NCBI RefSeq assembly: GCF_964213995.1
Contig: NC_135808.1
Location: 20,336,001 to 20,400,000 of the forward strand
Reading direction: 5' to 3'
Source: Mustelus asterias
Taxonomy: Eukaryota
DNA length: 64,000 nt
Part shown: in pieces, positions 26,795-40,200 of the stretch
Layout of the letters: each line of letters opens with the position of its first letter
Position numbering within the stretch: position 1 is the first letter of the stretch
Notes under the pieces: generated by a model
The model's input: the letters and a program-made list of their open reading frames with translations, nothing else
The model's database searches: none
What the model was told of the DNA's origin: nothing
Made by a program: the position numbers and the translations under genes

Positions 26795-28609
26795 TATGCA
26801 ACTTGAAAACACTGTGTAGAACATTATGGTGCCTGAGCATGGACAGTTAAACATGGGAATGAGGTGGTCACCATGAGTAATGCACTGTTTCCACGACAGA
26901 CTGCCCTGTTGCAATCTTTGCAAATGCAAACAGCACCAAAATAAAATCAGTCATCCGATGTCTACTTCAGCTTGTTGTCCATATTTTTACTGAAAAGATA
27001 TCAAATATTTAATGAGAATTCCCTGCTTCTTGTGTTTTTCTTTTTTAAAGCTACATTTGGTACGGTGGCGCAGTGGTTAGCACAGCATCAGGGACCCGGG
27101 TTTGATTCCCGGCTTGGGTCACTGTCTGTGTGGAATTTGCACGTTTTCCCCGTGACTGTGTGGGTTTTCTCCGGGTGCTCTGATTTCCTCCCACAATCCA
27201 AAGATGCGCGGGTTAGGTGGATTGGCCATACTAAATTGCCCCTAGTGTCAGGGGGACTGGCAAGGTAAATAAGTAGGGTTATGGGGTTGGGACCTTGGTA
27301 GAATTATTGTTGGTGCAGGCTTGATGGGCCGAATGGCCTCCTTCGGCACTGCAAGGATTCAATGATAAAATTGATCTGCATTGCAAATAAATCAATTCAA
27401 TATTTCACGTTATTCCCTTTTTCCATTGCCTTATGATTTGGAATCCGCAAGATTTGATTTGTTTCCCTTGGTAATGTGTTAACTATTGCCTCTATCCAAT
27501 ATTTTTATGGCAACTGCCAAGGTAGCCTAATATAATTTAGTGGCAGCACAGTATCACAGTAGCACTACTGCCTTGCAGCACCAGGGACCTAGGTTCGAGC
27601 CCAGTCTTGATTGACTGTGTGAAATTTGCACATTCTCCCCATGCCTGTGTGGGTCTCCTTCAGGTGCTCCAGTTTCCACCCATAGTCCAAAGTTGTGCAG
27701 GTTAGGTGGGTTGGCTATGCTAAATTGTCCTTTAGTGTCCAAAGATGTGTAGATTAGGTGGATTAGCTACGTTAATTGTGTGGGGTTACAGGGATAGGGC
27801 AGTGGAGAGGGCCTGGATAAGATGCTCTGTCAGAGAATTGGTGCAGACTCGATGGGCCAAATAGCCTCCCCTGCGCTGTAGGGATTCTATCATGCTTGGA
27901 AGCAGGAGAAACACTATTGCCTCAAATAAATGCTGAAAATAATGATGTCATCGTGGAAAGGGGAAGAGAATTAATGTTTTGGTCCAAAGATTAGACATTC
28001 ATTTTCAATTTCTGGGCTTAGACGTAGGTCGGATCTGAAAACAGGTAACTTCGGTTTGAAAAGACTCCACGCCCCCTGCTCACTTCATCCTGCTTCTAGG
28101 TTCATTTTTCACCCTGGAAAGCAGACTGGGCAAAATGGAACCTTCACGCCATAGGAACTCGACCAGTTACCCACCAGAGACAGATGAATGGATCATCAGA
28201 TGTATATATAGCAAACGGCAGACATTCGGACTGCCAATTCTAAGTGCTACTGCTTCGTCTGTTGCAACAGATTTTCCAGAAGTTTCAAAATTAAGGAACT
28301 AGTATAACTTAACATGTTTGACTCTTAGGTTAGAAGGTAAACAATGGCACCATGCTGACAAAAACAGATTTCAACACTTTGTACTATTTAGATTGCAATT
28401 CGTATTAGATAAACTAAACTTGACATCATGCAATCAAGTGCACCGCCTGGCATTTTGTTGTACAGCCGCATTGTGTAATTTCACCAAGGGCTGCGTGATT
28501 TTTTTCTTGAGGGTCACGACACAAGATGCAATCCTGCTGCTTGGTAAGGTATCTTGCGTGATTTGCACTCAGGTTGATAGCTTGGAGGCTAGCTTGCTCT
28601 CATCTGACA

Positions 28610-29105
28610 GGTACATACATATACACTCAGACTCGTGTGCACACAAGCACTCTCATGCACATACACATATACACATTCACACAAACTCAGGCTGTTTCCA
28701 TCATAGCAGGCGCCCATTTATTCTCTCTCTCACACACAAACATATTCACACTCGCAAACACACGCGAGTCACACACAGATACCCGGGTACACACCACACA
28801 AAAACTCACACCCCCGACCAAACACACACACAGGCTCTCTCACTCCCACACACACACAAATGCAAACACACACAGACTCACACAAACACTCACACAGGAG
28901 CACACACAGAAACACACGTACACATAAAAACATGCACACGCACCACACAAACACTCAAAGCCCACAAACTTTCACACAAACTCTCACTTACCTGCATACA
29001 CACATAAGCAAACACACACACAGATCACACAAACATTCACACATACGCAAGAACACAGATGCACACAGACACACACACAGACACACATACAGACACACAC
29101 AATTC
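28610..29105. repeat. Degenerate (CA)n low-complexity tract in C4 intron 1
   Basis: Direct reading; source of spurious His/Thr ORFs. Confidence 0.92.
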
Positions 29106-29799
29106 ATACAGGAAGAAATGGATGCACCCATTGCAGATTCTCTAATCATTGGGAAGAGCCTTTAGTCTGAATGAAACTCTCACAGTTTCCTGCCACTAGC
29201 ACAAACTACATCAGCAAAATAAAGGAAGAATTGGAGCACAGGGTGCTCTCGACACATGTTAAGTTATGAAGTACAGTCAGAGGTGCAAGAAAAGTAGCGA
29301 TCAATTTTCACACAATATCCCACATCTCTCTAATAATGTTCAGTATATTCCGCACCTTCTCCTTTCCTTCTCTCCTATGTACCTTAGAACGGTATGTTTT
29401 TGTCTGTATAGCGCGCAAGAAACAATACATTTCACTGCATCCCAATATATGTGACAATAATAAATCAAATCAAATCAACGAGGAATGAATGAAACGATCC
29501 CTTGTTTTTCAGTGCTTTTGAATTGTATTCTCATTCGGAATAGGGATGAATGGCCGGCGTCGCGGAGACATCTCCACTGTGCTTCGAAGTGAGAGCCGCT
29601 CGATTCCAGCCTGGAGTGAAAACCGGTTTAATATCTCCCCAGGAGACGCCACTGGTTCACCAATTTCATTTGCCTTGCAATACATTCAGCCCCTATTCCA
29701 ATGATTTGTAAGAGTGAACGCAATCCACATTAAGGTGATTTTTAAAATATTGCACGCTTCTAATAACTGGAAGCCATTCACAAGGCGTAGCATACTTAC

Positions 29800-29864
29800 G
29801 ATGGAGCTTGTTCAGCAGCAGGTACTAGCACAGAGAACCAGAGGAGGAACACAGCCGGCCCCAT
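29800..29864 (-). CDS. C4: Complement C4, coding exon 1 (signal peptide MGPAVFLLWFSVLVPAAEQAP-S)
   Basis: ATG at 29864, hydrophobic signal peptide, GTAAGT donor; 65 nt, phase 2 joins exon 2 in frame. Confidence 0.88.
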
Positions 29865-29970
29865 TGTTAGAAAGATCTGCCCACTGCTTGCAGGCTGAAA
29901 CAAGCCGAGACAACCAGCCTGTGCTATGAAACAGTCCTTTGGGATGTTTTGTAGATATTCTAGGCAACAG

Positions 29971-30068
29971 TATTGATTTGAAAGTTACTTATTTACACTA
30001 CTAGACATTTAACCTGGACGTGCGTGTGCCAAAAGGATTGCACATGTTCTCCCTGTCTGGGTTTTCCC
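29971..30068 (-). promoter_or_regulatory. Putative liver-type proximal promoter of C4: HNF6-like AAATCAATA, HNF1-like GTTACTTATTTAC overlapping forkhead TATTTAC, kappaB-like GGGTTTTCCC
   Basis: Motif cluster about 105-205 bp upstream of the ATG; motif matching by eye only. Confidence 0.45.
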
Positions 30069-30468
30069 CAGAGCTTGAGCCGAGGATTCAATAAAAAAAA
30101 AGTCCCTCCTTCCTCAGATAAGAGTTTTACCTGGGTGGAGGAGCAAACGGATCTCGGGGTATATCAATCCCAAAAGGTAGCCACCCAGTGAAATAAAGCC
30201 ACGAGAAGTGGCTTTATTTCAAATTACCAAAAGGCAATCTGGTCGGATAGAACTGAAAAAAAGACATCTTGAAATTGTATTGAACCTTTTGTCCGACCAC
30301 TCTCAAAACTAGTGCAAAATTGTGGCCTCTTTTATATATTTATAATTTATCTATATATATATATGTATATATCTACATATATATAAATTATGAATTATAT
30401 GGGCGGATAGACAGATGGATAGACGGACTGAGATAGATAGACATACAAGCGGATGGATGGATTGATGG

Positions 30469-31084
30469 TGTTGTGGGAAATTTACCACTTCAGAGTCAGA
30501 CTTGGAGGTTTCAACAATAAAGTTTTATTTCGGACACAAAGCTTTGGGAGAAAGCACTGGTACTCCGCAGTACTTGGCAGCTACCTTCTCAACTACACAA
30601 TGGTAGTTGATCATTTTTGTACCTTTTAGACAATAGGCAGTACAGACATTAGCCGTTAGCACATCATTACAAGTTGAGTAGACAGATACGGACATCGATA
30701 GTTAACACACCATTACACACAGACAGGTATGGACATGGACAGTTAACATATCATTGTTCATAGAATGGATACATTTATGCAGTTATGTCCTCTATCAATG
30801 ACTGGTTTTGATATATACATTCAGTGGCTGATCTTGTTACATTTATGTATTTATGTCCCCATCTGTGGCTGACCTTATTATCAGACTCATTGTTCTGGGT
30901 CCGCTCTTATCTAAAGTGCCTCAAGCTCTGACCAGCTTCCTGCAGCAATTCAGATACTGCAGGTTTTAACTTTTTGTGTAACTGTCTGTGCCAAAAGCCA
31001 GTGCCTTTTAATGTCCCTTCCCAGGTAACCATTTTGTGTGCCAGGTAACCATTTTGTGTCCATCGCTTTAATTCCACCATAGCA
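30469..31084 (-). mobile_element. Solo LTR (616 bp) inserted in a GATG/GATA microsatellite upstream of C4
   Basis: TG...CA termini with imperfect terminal inverted repeat (TGTTGTGG/CCATAGCA), 4-bp TSD ATGG, minus-strand AATAAA near 30525, internal U3-like tandem repeats (CCAGGTAACCATTTTGTGT x2). Confidence 0.72.
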
Positions 31085-31340
31085 ATGGATAGACAGCTGG
31101 ATAGACAGACTGAAAAACGGATAGATAGACAGACAGACAAACAGATAGATAGACAGATGGATAGGCAGATCGGCAGAAAGATAGATGGGCAGATAGAAAG
31201 ATCGACAGGCAAATGGATGGATGGGTGGGTGGACGGACGGTCGGCTGGATAGAGAGACTGAAAGACTGATAGATGGATAGATAGACAAACTGACAGACTG
31301 ATAGACGGGTGGGTGGGTGGGTGGATGTATGGATGGATCG
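31085..31340. repeat. (GATA/GACA/GGAT)n microsatellite (left part at 30400-30468)
   Basis: Direct reading. Confidence 0.9.
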
Positions 31341-31491
31341 ATATAAAAGAAGAAAGAAGTGAAGTTGGAAAAGCCGTGAAGACGAAACACAAATATTATA
31401 CTATGTTTGAGAGGTTGGAGACATAATGAACGGTTCGAAGATGCTGTATCCCTTTTCTTTACAAAATCCAACACTCGGGTGTTGTGTGTGT

Positions 31492-31572
31492 GGCGGGGGG
31501 GGGGGGGGGGGGGGTGGGGGGGAAGGGGGCGGGGGGGGAGGAGAGGGGGGAGTGGGAGGGGTAGGGGTGGGG
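31492..31572 (+). repeat. Poly-G tract with G-quadruplex potential (similar at 34190-34250, 52558-52640, 63575-63622)
   Basis: Multiple long G runs. Confidence 0.8.
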
Positions 31573-34500
31573 AGACTGCGGCTGGGTGGGTGGTACTCTC
31601 TGATAGGCATCTTTCAGTTAATGCAACCGTTTGATTGCGTCAATGTGCATTAAACGTTCCCTCTTCCGGGGGAAGCAAAGCTGGGCGGCATGAATATAAG
31701 AACACCAGTATTACATCCGACAGTGAACTCGGTAGACTTTTTTTTACCCAGAGAATGTTGAGGGTGTGGAACATGGAGCATGGCTGTATTTATTGGGTGG
31801 ATAAACAGAAAAGGGAGATGGTAGAAAGACGCGCTGATAGGATGAGGGATTGGGGAGGAGGAGCCTTGTGTGGAACAGAAGCCCCACCATGGATTAGATG
31901 GGTCGATTGGCGTCGAACCCTGCTCTATTCTCAATGCCAGCCGATGCGAAGGTGGCAGGGATGGTCGAGGGAATCGCTCAGGGGAAGCTAACATTATTTC
32001 AACCCGCATAAATGTGTTCCTTCCCACTCTCCTATTTAAATATTAGTTCCACGGCAAACACTATCGGATGAGATACCAGATTGCAGTGTCTGGAGCCTTG
32101 CTATGCACACATTCGCCCCATTAGAACTGTGGCGACATTTCAGATGTAGTATAGGGGCTGACAAACCCTTGGCGAAGGGCTGAAATCGCGGTAGTTGTTA
32201 TATAAATGGAATTAAACTAAACCAATTGCTAAAACGGTCTCATTCCTACAGCGAAGTGTCACCAACTCTTCCCATCGGAGATATTTGAGTAGAAAGAGAC
32301 GAAATCTTTATACTGATACTTCGTACTTAGACGTCAACTAGTTTTAATTTGGACTGATGCGTGAGTCATATGTATGAATGAAAGTTTGCAATTATTAGAT
32401 TTGTTTTTCTTAGTCGGAACTCTACCACCCCACCCGCCATGGAATTGGCGCGGGCGAGAGTCTGAAATCTCCGTTGACCTCGGGCCTGAATTTCCCGTCT
32501 CGCCCGAGCAAGGCCGTAAATTTCCGGATGTTGCCGTTGCTTTTGAACATCCAGGTACTGAGGCTGCAGCGTTGGACATTATGTAATCACAGAGAGATGG
32601 CATTTTCACAGCGCACAATGCAAGTGACCGGCTGTTCGTGGGTTCGAGGTTGAGTGGCGGTAATGAGTAACCTCATACTTGCAAATAAACAACACGAATC
32701 GCTGCCAGTGTATGGCAGATAAGCGTGGATCCTTACACGTAATGTTAATGGAGAATTAGGTACCAGTCAGATGTAAAGCAAGTTTTCACTCACTTAGAAG
32801 CACAGAATTGTCACTGCATTAATGCCAATCTATCACCAGGATGTTGCTCGGTATTCTTTCTGGACAATCTCTCTGTGAATTCCAGTCAGTTTTTTGTTGT
32901 TGTGTTGATGTGTGAGAACAACGGGTGAGAAAAATGCTACAATGGAAGGATGCTTAGTTTCATTGAATCTCTCCAATGTCAAAGTAAGTCATTCGGCCAA
33001 TTAGTGTCAGGGAGATTAGCAGAGCAAATGTGTGGGTTTACAGGGATAGGGTCTGGGTGGGATTGTTGTCGGTGCAGGTTCGATGGGCCGAATGGCCTCT
33101 TTCTGCACTGTAGGTATTCTAGGGATTCTATTCATGAGTCTGGACTACTAAACAGCATCCTTTCTCCCTCCCCCGCACTATCCCGGTAACCCCATGCATT
33201 TACCCTGGCTAATCCATCTGATCCTACACATTCTTGGACACTAAGGGGCAATTTATCATGGCCAATCCTATAGATCTTTGAACGGTGGGAGGAAATTGGA
33301 GCACCCGGAGGAAACACATGCTCACATGGGGAGAACTTCCTAACATGTCAAATGGAGATCTACCCTGAATGCAAGTTCTATTTCGCTGAATACTGCTGTA
33401 CAGCTGGGCAGACGGAGAGAAACCCTTAGGTCAGCATTAGCTCAGTTAGTAACCCTCACGCCTGGGAATCTAGGGGGGAGGGGTTTGGGGGGAAGGAGAT
33501 TCTGAGACCGAAAGTCCAGGCTGACAGGTCAACGTAATGCTGATATAGTACAGCATTATCAGAGGTGCCTGATGAGTTGTAAAACCCAATCTCCTTCGGC
33601 ATCGCAAATGGGTTTACACGTGTCTCCACGTTACCATTCCAACTAAGGGCATAGTACAGATCCCTGTTTTCGGACAAATTTAAGCATTCCATCAAACATA
33701 AGAAGGTGCTACAACAAAAACAGAAAATTCTGGAAAATCTCAGCAGGTCAAACAGCATCTGTGGAGAGAGAATAGCGTCAATATTTCAGATCTGTATGTC
33801 CCTACTTCAGAGCTGTTCTTGTTTAGATTCCAGCATCCGCAGTATTATGCTTTTAGAAACATACGCTATTTGAGGGGGCTTCTAGTTTACGGAACACAAG
33901 TGACTGCAATTAGTGCTTCACTGACTGAAACTGGGACATCCTTGGCATGTGAATGGCGTGGTATATTGTCATACTGGATGTGGGCATCACTGTAATTTAA
34001 TGACCATCTCTAATTGCCTTTGAATTGAGTGCCAAGTAGGCCAGACCAGGTAAAACACAGATGTCCTGAAGGACATTAGTGAACCAGCTGGGGTTTGAAA
34101 GAAAATGGTTTCAGACTCATAGATATATATTTTTTAAATTGCAGCGAGAAATTTCCCTTTCCGCCGCCCACCCCGGGAATAGCAGCGGGCGGTGGGGGGT
34201 GGGGGGTGGGGCGGGGGGGGGGGGGGGGTTGGGGGGGGAAGGGGAGGGCGGTAGGAGTAGCGGGTTACCAAGGAAAGGTCCATTAGCCGCTGGAGGAATT
34301 TTCCAGTTTTGGGGCGAACGCTGGTGGAAAATCCCACCCCAGACCTTCGTGGAATGTAGATTTCACCATCAGGATTTGAACCGGGTCGCAAGAGTGTTGT
34401 GTTTCTCTGTGTTTCTCTCTGCAGAGATACTGCTGAGTTAATCCAACTTTATCCAGCATTGCCCTGGATCCAGTGATCATATCCCATGCCAACGCGTTTT

Positions 34501-35184
34501 CTCATGAAGGGCTGCAACTCATATCCATGCTGGAGAGCTTTCCACCATTATAATCTTCTATGTCTAATTATCTCTGGAAGTTAAATGGTGTATTTTTTTT
34601 CTGTGCATTCCTATCCAGTAATTTCCCGTCTACAAACACAAAATAATGGGAAATAAACCAGAACAGTTGCACAATATTGGTTATTGACCGGTGAATTAAG
34701 TCCAGAGGGAGAACTGTTATCATCAGCAAACAGTGGTTAGGATAGATAACAGGATTTATGTTCGTGATCTGCCAGAAGAGTTGGCAGACTAACCAATTTA
34801 GCATCTCTTCCTTATTAGCAATATGTCAGGGCAATGCTTTGGTATGTAAATTATTGGTTATTATCCGGTTATTCGCCCAGATTTAAGATGACTACAATTG
34901 TAGATTACATGGCAAGTTCGTACTCATCTCAACTGCAACATTTGAGATTCCAGAGGGTGAAATAACAGCCCCTTTAAGAAATCAGGAAAGAAATAATAAA
35001 AAGGTAAGCCACTTAGTGCGAATCGACTCTGCTGATCCATGTCAAATCTATTTCCCCACACTATCTTTCTGCCTTCAGTCTCAAAAGTCTACCGAGCAGT
35101 GCCGTGAATATCCTTAACGACTGGACATCCACAGCCTTTTTTATTAGAATCTAAAGATTCTAAATGCTTTCACCGCATAAATGT

Positions 35185-37295
35185 TTCCTTCTCGCATCAG
35201 GGCTGGTGGACAATTGAGCAATTCACTGGAGGAGCCAGCTCCACAAATATCCCCATCCTTAATGATGGAGAGGCCCAACACATCAATGCTAAAGCTAAGG
35301 CTGAAGCATTTGTAATTAACTTCTGCAAAAAGTACAGAGTGGATGAGCCATCTTGGTCTCCTCTGGAGGTCCACAGCATCTGAGATGCCACCTCTCAGCC
35401 AATTCGATTCACCCCATGTGATACGAAAAACGGCTGACGGCAATGGATAATACAAAGGTTATGGGCCCTGATAATATTCTGGCATAGTTCTGGGACGTTC
35501 TGGAGCACTGAATACGTGCTCCAGAACTTCCCATGACCCTAGCCAAGCTGTTCCAGTGCAGCTACTACACTGGAGTCTACCCGGCAATGTTGAAAATTGC
35601 CCAGGTGTGTCCTGCACATAAAAAGCAGGACAAGCCCAGCCTGGCCAATTATTGACCAAGCAGCCTACTCTCAGCCATCAGTCAAGGAATGGAAGGGGTA
35701 ATCAACAGTGTTAATAAGTGGCACTTGCTTAGCAATAACCTGCTCACTAACGGTTAGCTTGGATTCTGCCGGGGACACTCAGTTCCTGGCCTCAGTATGG
35801 CTTTGATTCATACATGGACAAAAGATCTGAGTGCCAGACGTGAGCTGAAAAATAACGGTCCTTGCCACCATGGTCACACTTGACTCGATGTAGCGTCAAG
35901 GAACCCTCGCATAACTGGTGTCAATGAGAATCAAGATGAAAACGCTCCGCTGGTTGGAGTCATGCCTGGCACAAAGGAAGATCGCTGTGGTAGTTGGAGA
36001 TCAATTAATTCAGCTCCAGCACATCACTGCAGGAGTTCCTCAGGATTGTGTCCTTGGCACAATCATCTTCAGCTTTTATTTTATTCATTTATGGGATGTG
36101 GGTGTAGCCGACTGTGTCAGCATGTATTGCCCACCCCTAACTGCCCTCCATTTCAGAGGGCATTTGAGAGTCAACCATACTGTTTTAGATCTGGAGTCAC
36201 GTATAGGGCAGACCAGGTAAGGATGGCAGATTTCCTTCTCTAAAGGGCATTACTGACCAGATGGGTTTTTAGGTTAATCGACAGTGGTTTCACGGTCATC
36301 TTTAAACGTTCAGCTCCAGTTTTTTACTGAATTCAAATCTCATCATCTGCCATGGTGGGATTTGAACCCAGGTCTCCCCCGATATTGCCTGGGGTCTATG
36401 GATTACTCATATAGCGACAATACCACTCCCCACCCCTGCTTCATGAATCAGTTTCCTTCCATCATAAGGTCAGAAGTGTAGATATTCACCGATGATTGCA
36501 CAATGTGCCACACTATTCACAACCCCCCAGATACTGAAACAGCCCATGTTCAAATGCAACCAGATCTGGACAATATCCATGCATGGGCTGACAACTGGCA
36601 AGTAACATTTGTGCCACACAAGTGCCAGGCAAAGGCCACCTCCAACAAGAGATATTTCAATGATCCCTTGACCTTCAACGGCATTACCAAGGTGGAATCC
36701 ACAATGCTCAACATCCTGGATTATCATTGACCAGAAACTGAATTGGACTAGCCATTTAAATACTGTGGCAATAGGAACAAGCCAGAGACTAGTAATCCTG
36801 CAGCGTGTAGTTGACCTCCATATTTCCTGAAAGCCTATCCGTCATCTACAGGGCACAAGTCAGGATAGTGATAGAATATTCTCCACTTGCCTGGATAAAT
36901 GCCGCTCCAACATCAGTCAAGAAGCTTGACACCATCCAAGACAAAGCACACCATCCACAAACATTCATCTCCTCCATCTCTGAAGCAATGTGTACAATCT
37001 ACACGATGTAGGAGCTCACAATTTCGGCAGCACCTTCCAAAACCACCACAACTACCATCTAGAAGGGGAAGGGCAGCAGGCACACCAAACACCAGCACCA
37101 GAAGGTTTCTCTCCATAATGCTCACGATACTGATTTGAAATATATCGCCATTGTTTCACTGCCTCTGAGTCCCTCACAGCACTGTGGGTGTACATATGAT
37201 TCAAGAAGGCAGCTCACCATCACCTTCTCAATGGAACTAGGCATGGACAATAAATGCTGGTCCAGCCAGCAACTTTCACATCCCATCAATGCATT
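35185..37295 (+). mobile_element. Old degenerate CR1-group LINE (second family), interrupted by a SINE at about 36080-36437
   Basis: Remnants LRWLES.LAQRK..VVVG.Q......ITAGVPQ..VLG, QPDLDNIHAWADNWQVTFVPHKCQA, IYRAQVR...EYSPLAW..AAPT..KKLDTIQDKA; an antisense fragment of this family lies at about 24485-25110. Confidence 0.85.
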
Positions 37296-40200
37296 TTTAG
37301 AATGCGAGACTTGTGAGTAGTATGGTCAAATTGATGGCCCATTTGCACCGAGAAACACGGAGGGCAGCACAGTGGCACAGTGGTTAGCACTGCTGCCTCA
37401 CCGCACCAGGGTCCCAGGTTCGATTCCGGCCTTGGGTCACTGTCTGCGTGGAGTTTGCACGTTCTCCCCGTGTCTGCGTGAGTTTCCTCTGCGTCCTTTG
37501 GACTGCAGGATTCCTCCTGCAGTCCAAGGATTTGCAGATTAGGTTGATTGGCCATGTTAAATTGACCCTAGTGTCCTGGGATTAGCAAGGTAAATGCGTA
37601 GGGTTACGGGAATAGGGCCTGGGTGGGATTGTGGTTGGTACAGATTCAATGGGCTGGGTGGCCTCCTACTGTACTGTAGGGATTCTATGAAATCAAATTG
37701 GGAAGCCATGTACCCTGGGACATCCAGTGAAGGTCACCAAAGGCCTGCTGATTCTCCATACTGCTGTTGCTGGAATTCAGAGCTCTAATGACAAGCTGAT
37801 GCTCCACAAGCTGCCATCTCTTCGCGCCTGCAAGGGTTCAGTCAGAATCTACGAGCTCAACAGTTCAGATCCAGCCTCTCCATGTAAGAGTTTCACCCCA
37901 AACCAGCACCCGCCCTTCGCCATAGCAACGCTGGATTTGGATATAGTCCGAGATTAAAACTGGTTGAATTATCGGCTGTCTGCATCCCTTGTGCTATCGG
38001 GAACAATTATGACGCGGTGGGTTCTTGCCCATATTATCCAACAGTGCACAGCACTTCAATTCACGTCCTGTTGCTTCAATGGTGAGACACCATCATTCCC
38101 TTCGCCAATTGGAGATGGATTGCATATTTCTAAGAAGGATGATTCCTTTACAGAGCTGAGTTTAGTCTGAGAGACAATGATTCCTAAATTTGGTCATTGC
38201 TCCCAATGCGTCTTCAATTCCCGCCGGGATCTGGTTCCTTCCCTACCTCCAAAAATGTGTAGGTGAGGTTGATTGGCCATGCTAAATTTCCCCTTAGTGT
38301 CAGGGGGACGAACAGGGTGAATACATGGAATTAGAGGGATAGAGTGGGATTGTTGTTGGCGTAGACTCGAAGGGCCGAATGGCTTCCTTCTGTGCTGCAG
38401 GGATTCTATGATTCGATGATCTCGATTTTGAAATTTCCCTGTCAACCTTTAAGAACTCTGCAGTTCTCTCTCCGCATTGACACGCAGTCCTTAACAATTC
38501 TTCTGGACAACTTTCCCAGTATCTCTTTATGTATCTGGGTGTCAAATTGTTTTTCACAAAATTTCTCTTCAGCGTTTTGAGGCCTTTGAGCGTGCTGAAG
38601 GCATTGTGGAATCTAAGCTGTTGATGCTGCAGGGCATTCACTTGTATCTGTATAGAGCTGTGGGTCCGGCAGACATCAAATTCAAATCTCTATTCATAAA
38701 CCTATTAACTTCGGTTGGTGGAAAGCAAGGAATATGTTTAAAGAACAGACATGTGTGGACTGGGCCTGTTGGACTTTCACCTGGTGTTGTGGACTGGGTT
38801 TCGCCAGAGCTCTTTCCCAATCGGCTACTTCCAATGCTTTTAACCTCTTGTACAGGAGTGAGCGGAATTCTTCTCCCAAGTAAAGCCACAAGCCGACAAT
38901 AGGTTTGAGAAACTGTCGCAGTGGGCACAGCCGGTCTCCAGTTGCCCTGCAACTGCAGATGTATCGGGGCCACTCCAGACTGCTTTAATGCCTGCAGCAA
39001 GTCTACCCGGATAGTACACCTATTCTTTTGAAAGAGATTTCTCGAATTTCGGAACCGTTAATCAATCCGGAATTTTCTGCCTAAGATACTGAAACAAGTC
39101 TCAAAAATGAGCTGATTTATTAAGTTTGACTCAGAGTATCCCATCTGAGATCCTCAATCTATCAATTCTGTGATTTCAAAAATCATTTGTATTTTTATAG
39201 CTTTGGCGATCCCGGCGTCCCAAAGCGCTTTGCAGACAATAAAGTACTGTGGAAGAATGGTCAATGTTGCAATATATAAAATGCAGGAGTACATAGTAAA
39301 CTCACATAGAAAGGAATTTTGATAATGACAAGATAATCTATGTTTTCATTGCATTGTCTGAGGGATCCATGTCGGCTAGGACAATGCGAACTCTGTTCCT
39401 CTTTGAAGTAGTTTCTAGCCGTTTGTTATCAATCTCTGATGGACTTTAAGTGTCAACAACATCGCTGCTAGCCTGGAGTCACATAAAGGCCAGGTAAGGA
39501 AAGCAGATTTCCTTCCCTAAAGGACACTAGTGAACCAGATTTTTACACAAAACGACAATGGTTTGATGGACATCATTAGACTTTTAATTCCAGATTTTTA
39601 TGGAATTGAAATTTAACTATCTGCCACGGTGGGATTAGAACCTGGGTCGCCAGAACAATACCATGGGTCTTTAGATTGCCACTTCCAGTGATTACACCAC
39701 CACGCCATCACCTCCCTTAACAGGTAAAGGAAAATGAAGGACATATGTTAAATATCACATGGGAAAATCGGCTTCAGCGTACCTGTTTTATGTTACTGTA
39801 CCAGTAGATGGCAATGTCTGACTGCCTCTCCCTCGTTATCATTGGTACCGAGACAGAATCGAGCTTTTAAAATTTATTTACGGGATGCAGGTGTCCCTGG
39901 CTAGGGATTGCCCATCCCTATTTTCCCTTGAGGAGGTGGTGGTGAGCTGCCTTCTTGAACTGCTGTGGTGGTTGGGGTATAAGTCCACCCACAGTGCTGT
40001 TTGGCAGGATCTTCCAGGATTTCGACCCAGCCACAGTGAAGGAACAGTGATATATTTCCAAGTCAGGATGGTGAGTGGCTTGGAGAGGAACCTTCAGATG
40101 GTGGTTTTCCTAGGTATCTGCTGCCCTTGTCTTTCTAGATGATAGTGGCAGTGGGTTTGGAAGGTGCTGCCCAAGGAGCCTTGGTGAGAACTGTTACGAT

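Noticed and set aside
28318-29165. 229-aa and overlapping His/Thr-rich ORFs
   Set aside because: Artefacts of a (CA)n tract in C4 intron 1.
5951-29864. Alternative identity as C3, C5 or alpha-2-macroglobulin
   Set aside because: AYVRFG..RGLE, HVGVKE, FVSSP and MRP motifs fit C4 best; thioester and chain-cleavage sites are outside the window, so the C4 paralogue is not resolved.
31401-31653. Pro/Gly-rich ORFs (also near 34100, 52450, 63500)
   Set aside because: Translations of poly-G tracts.
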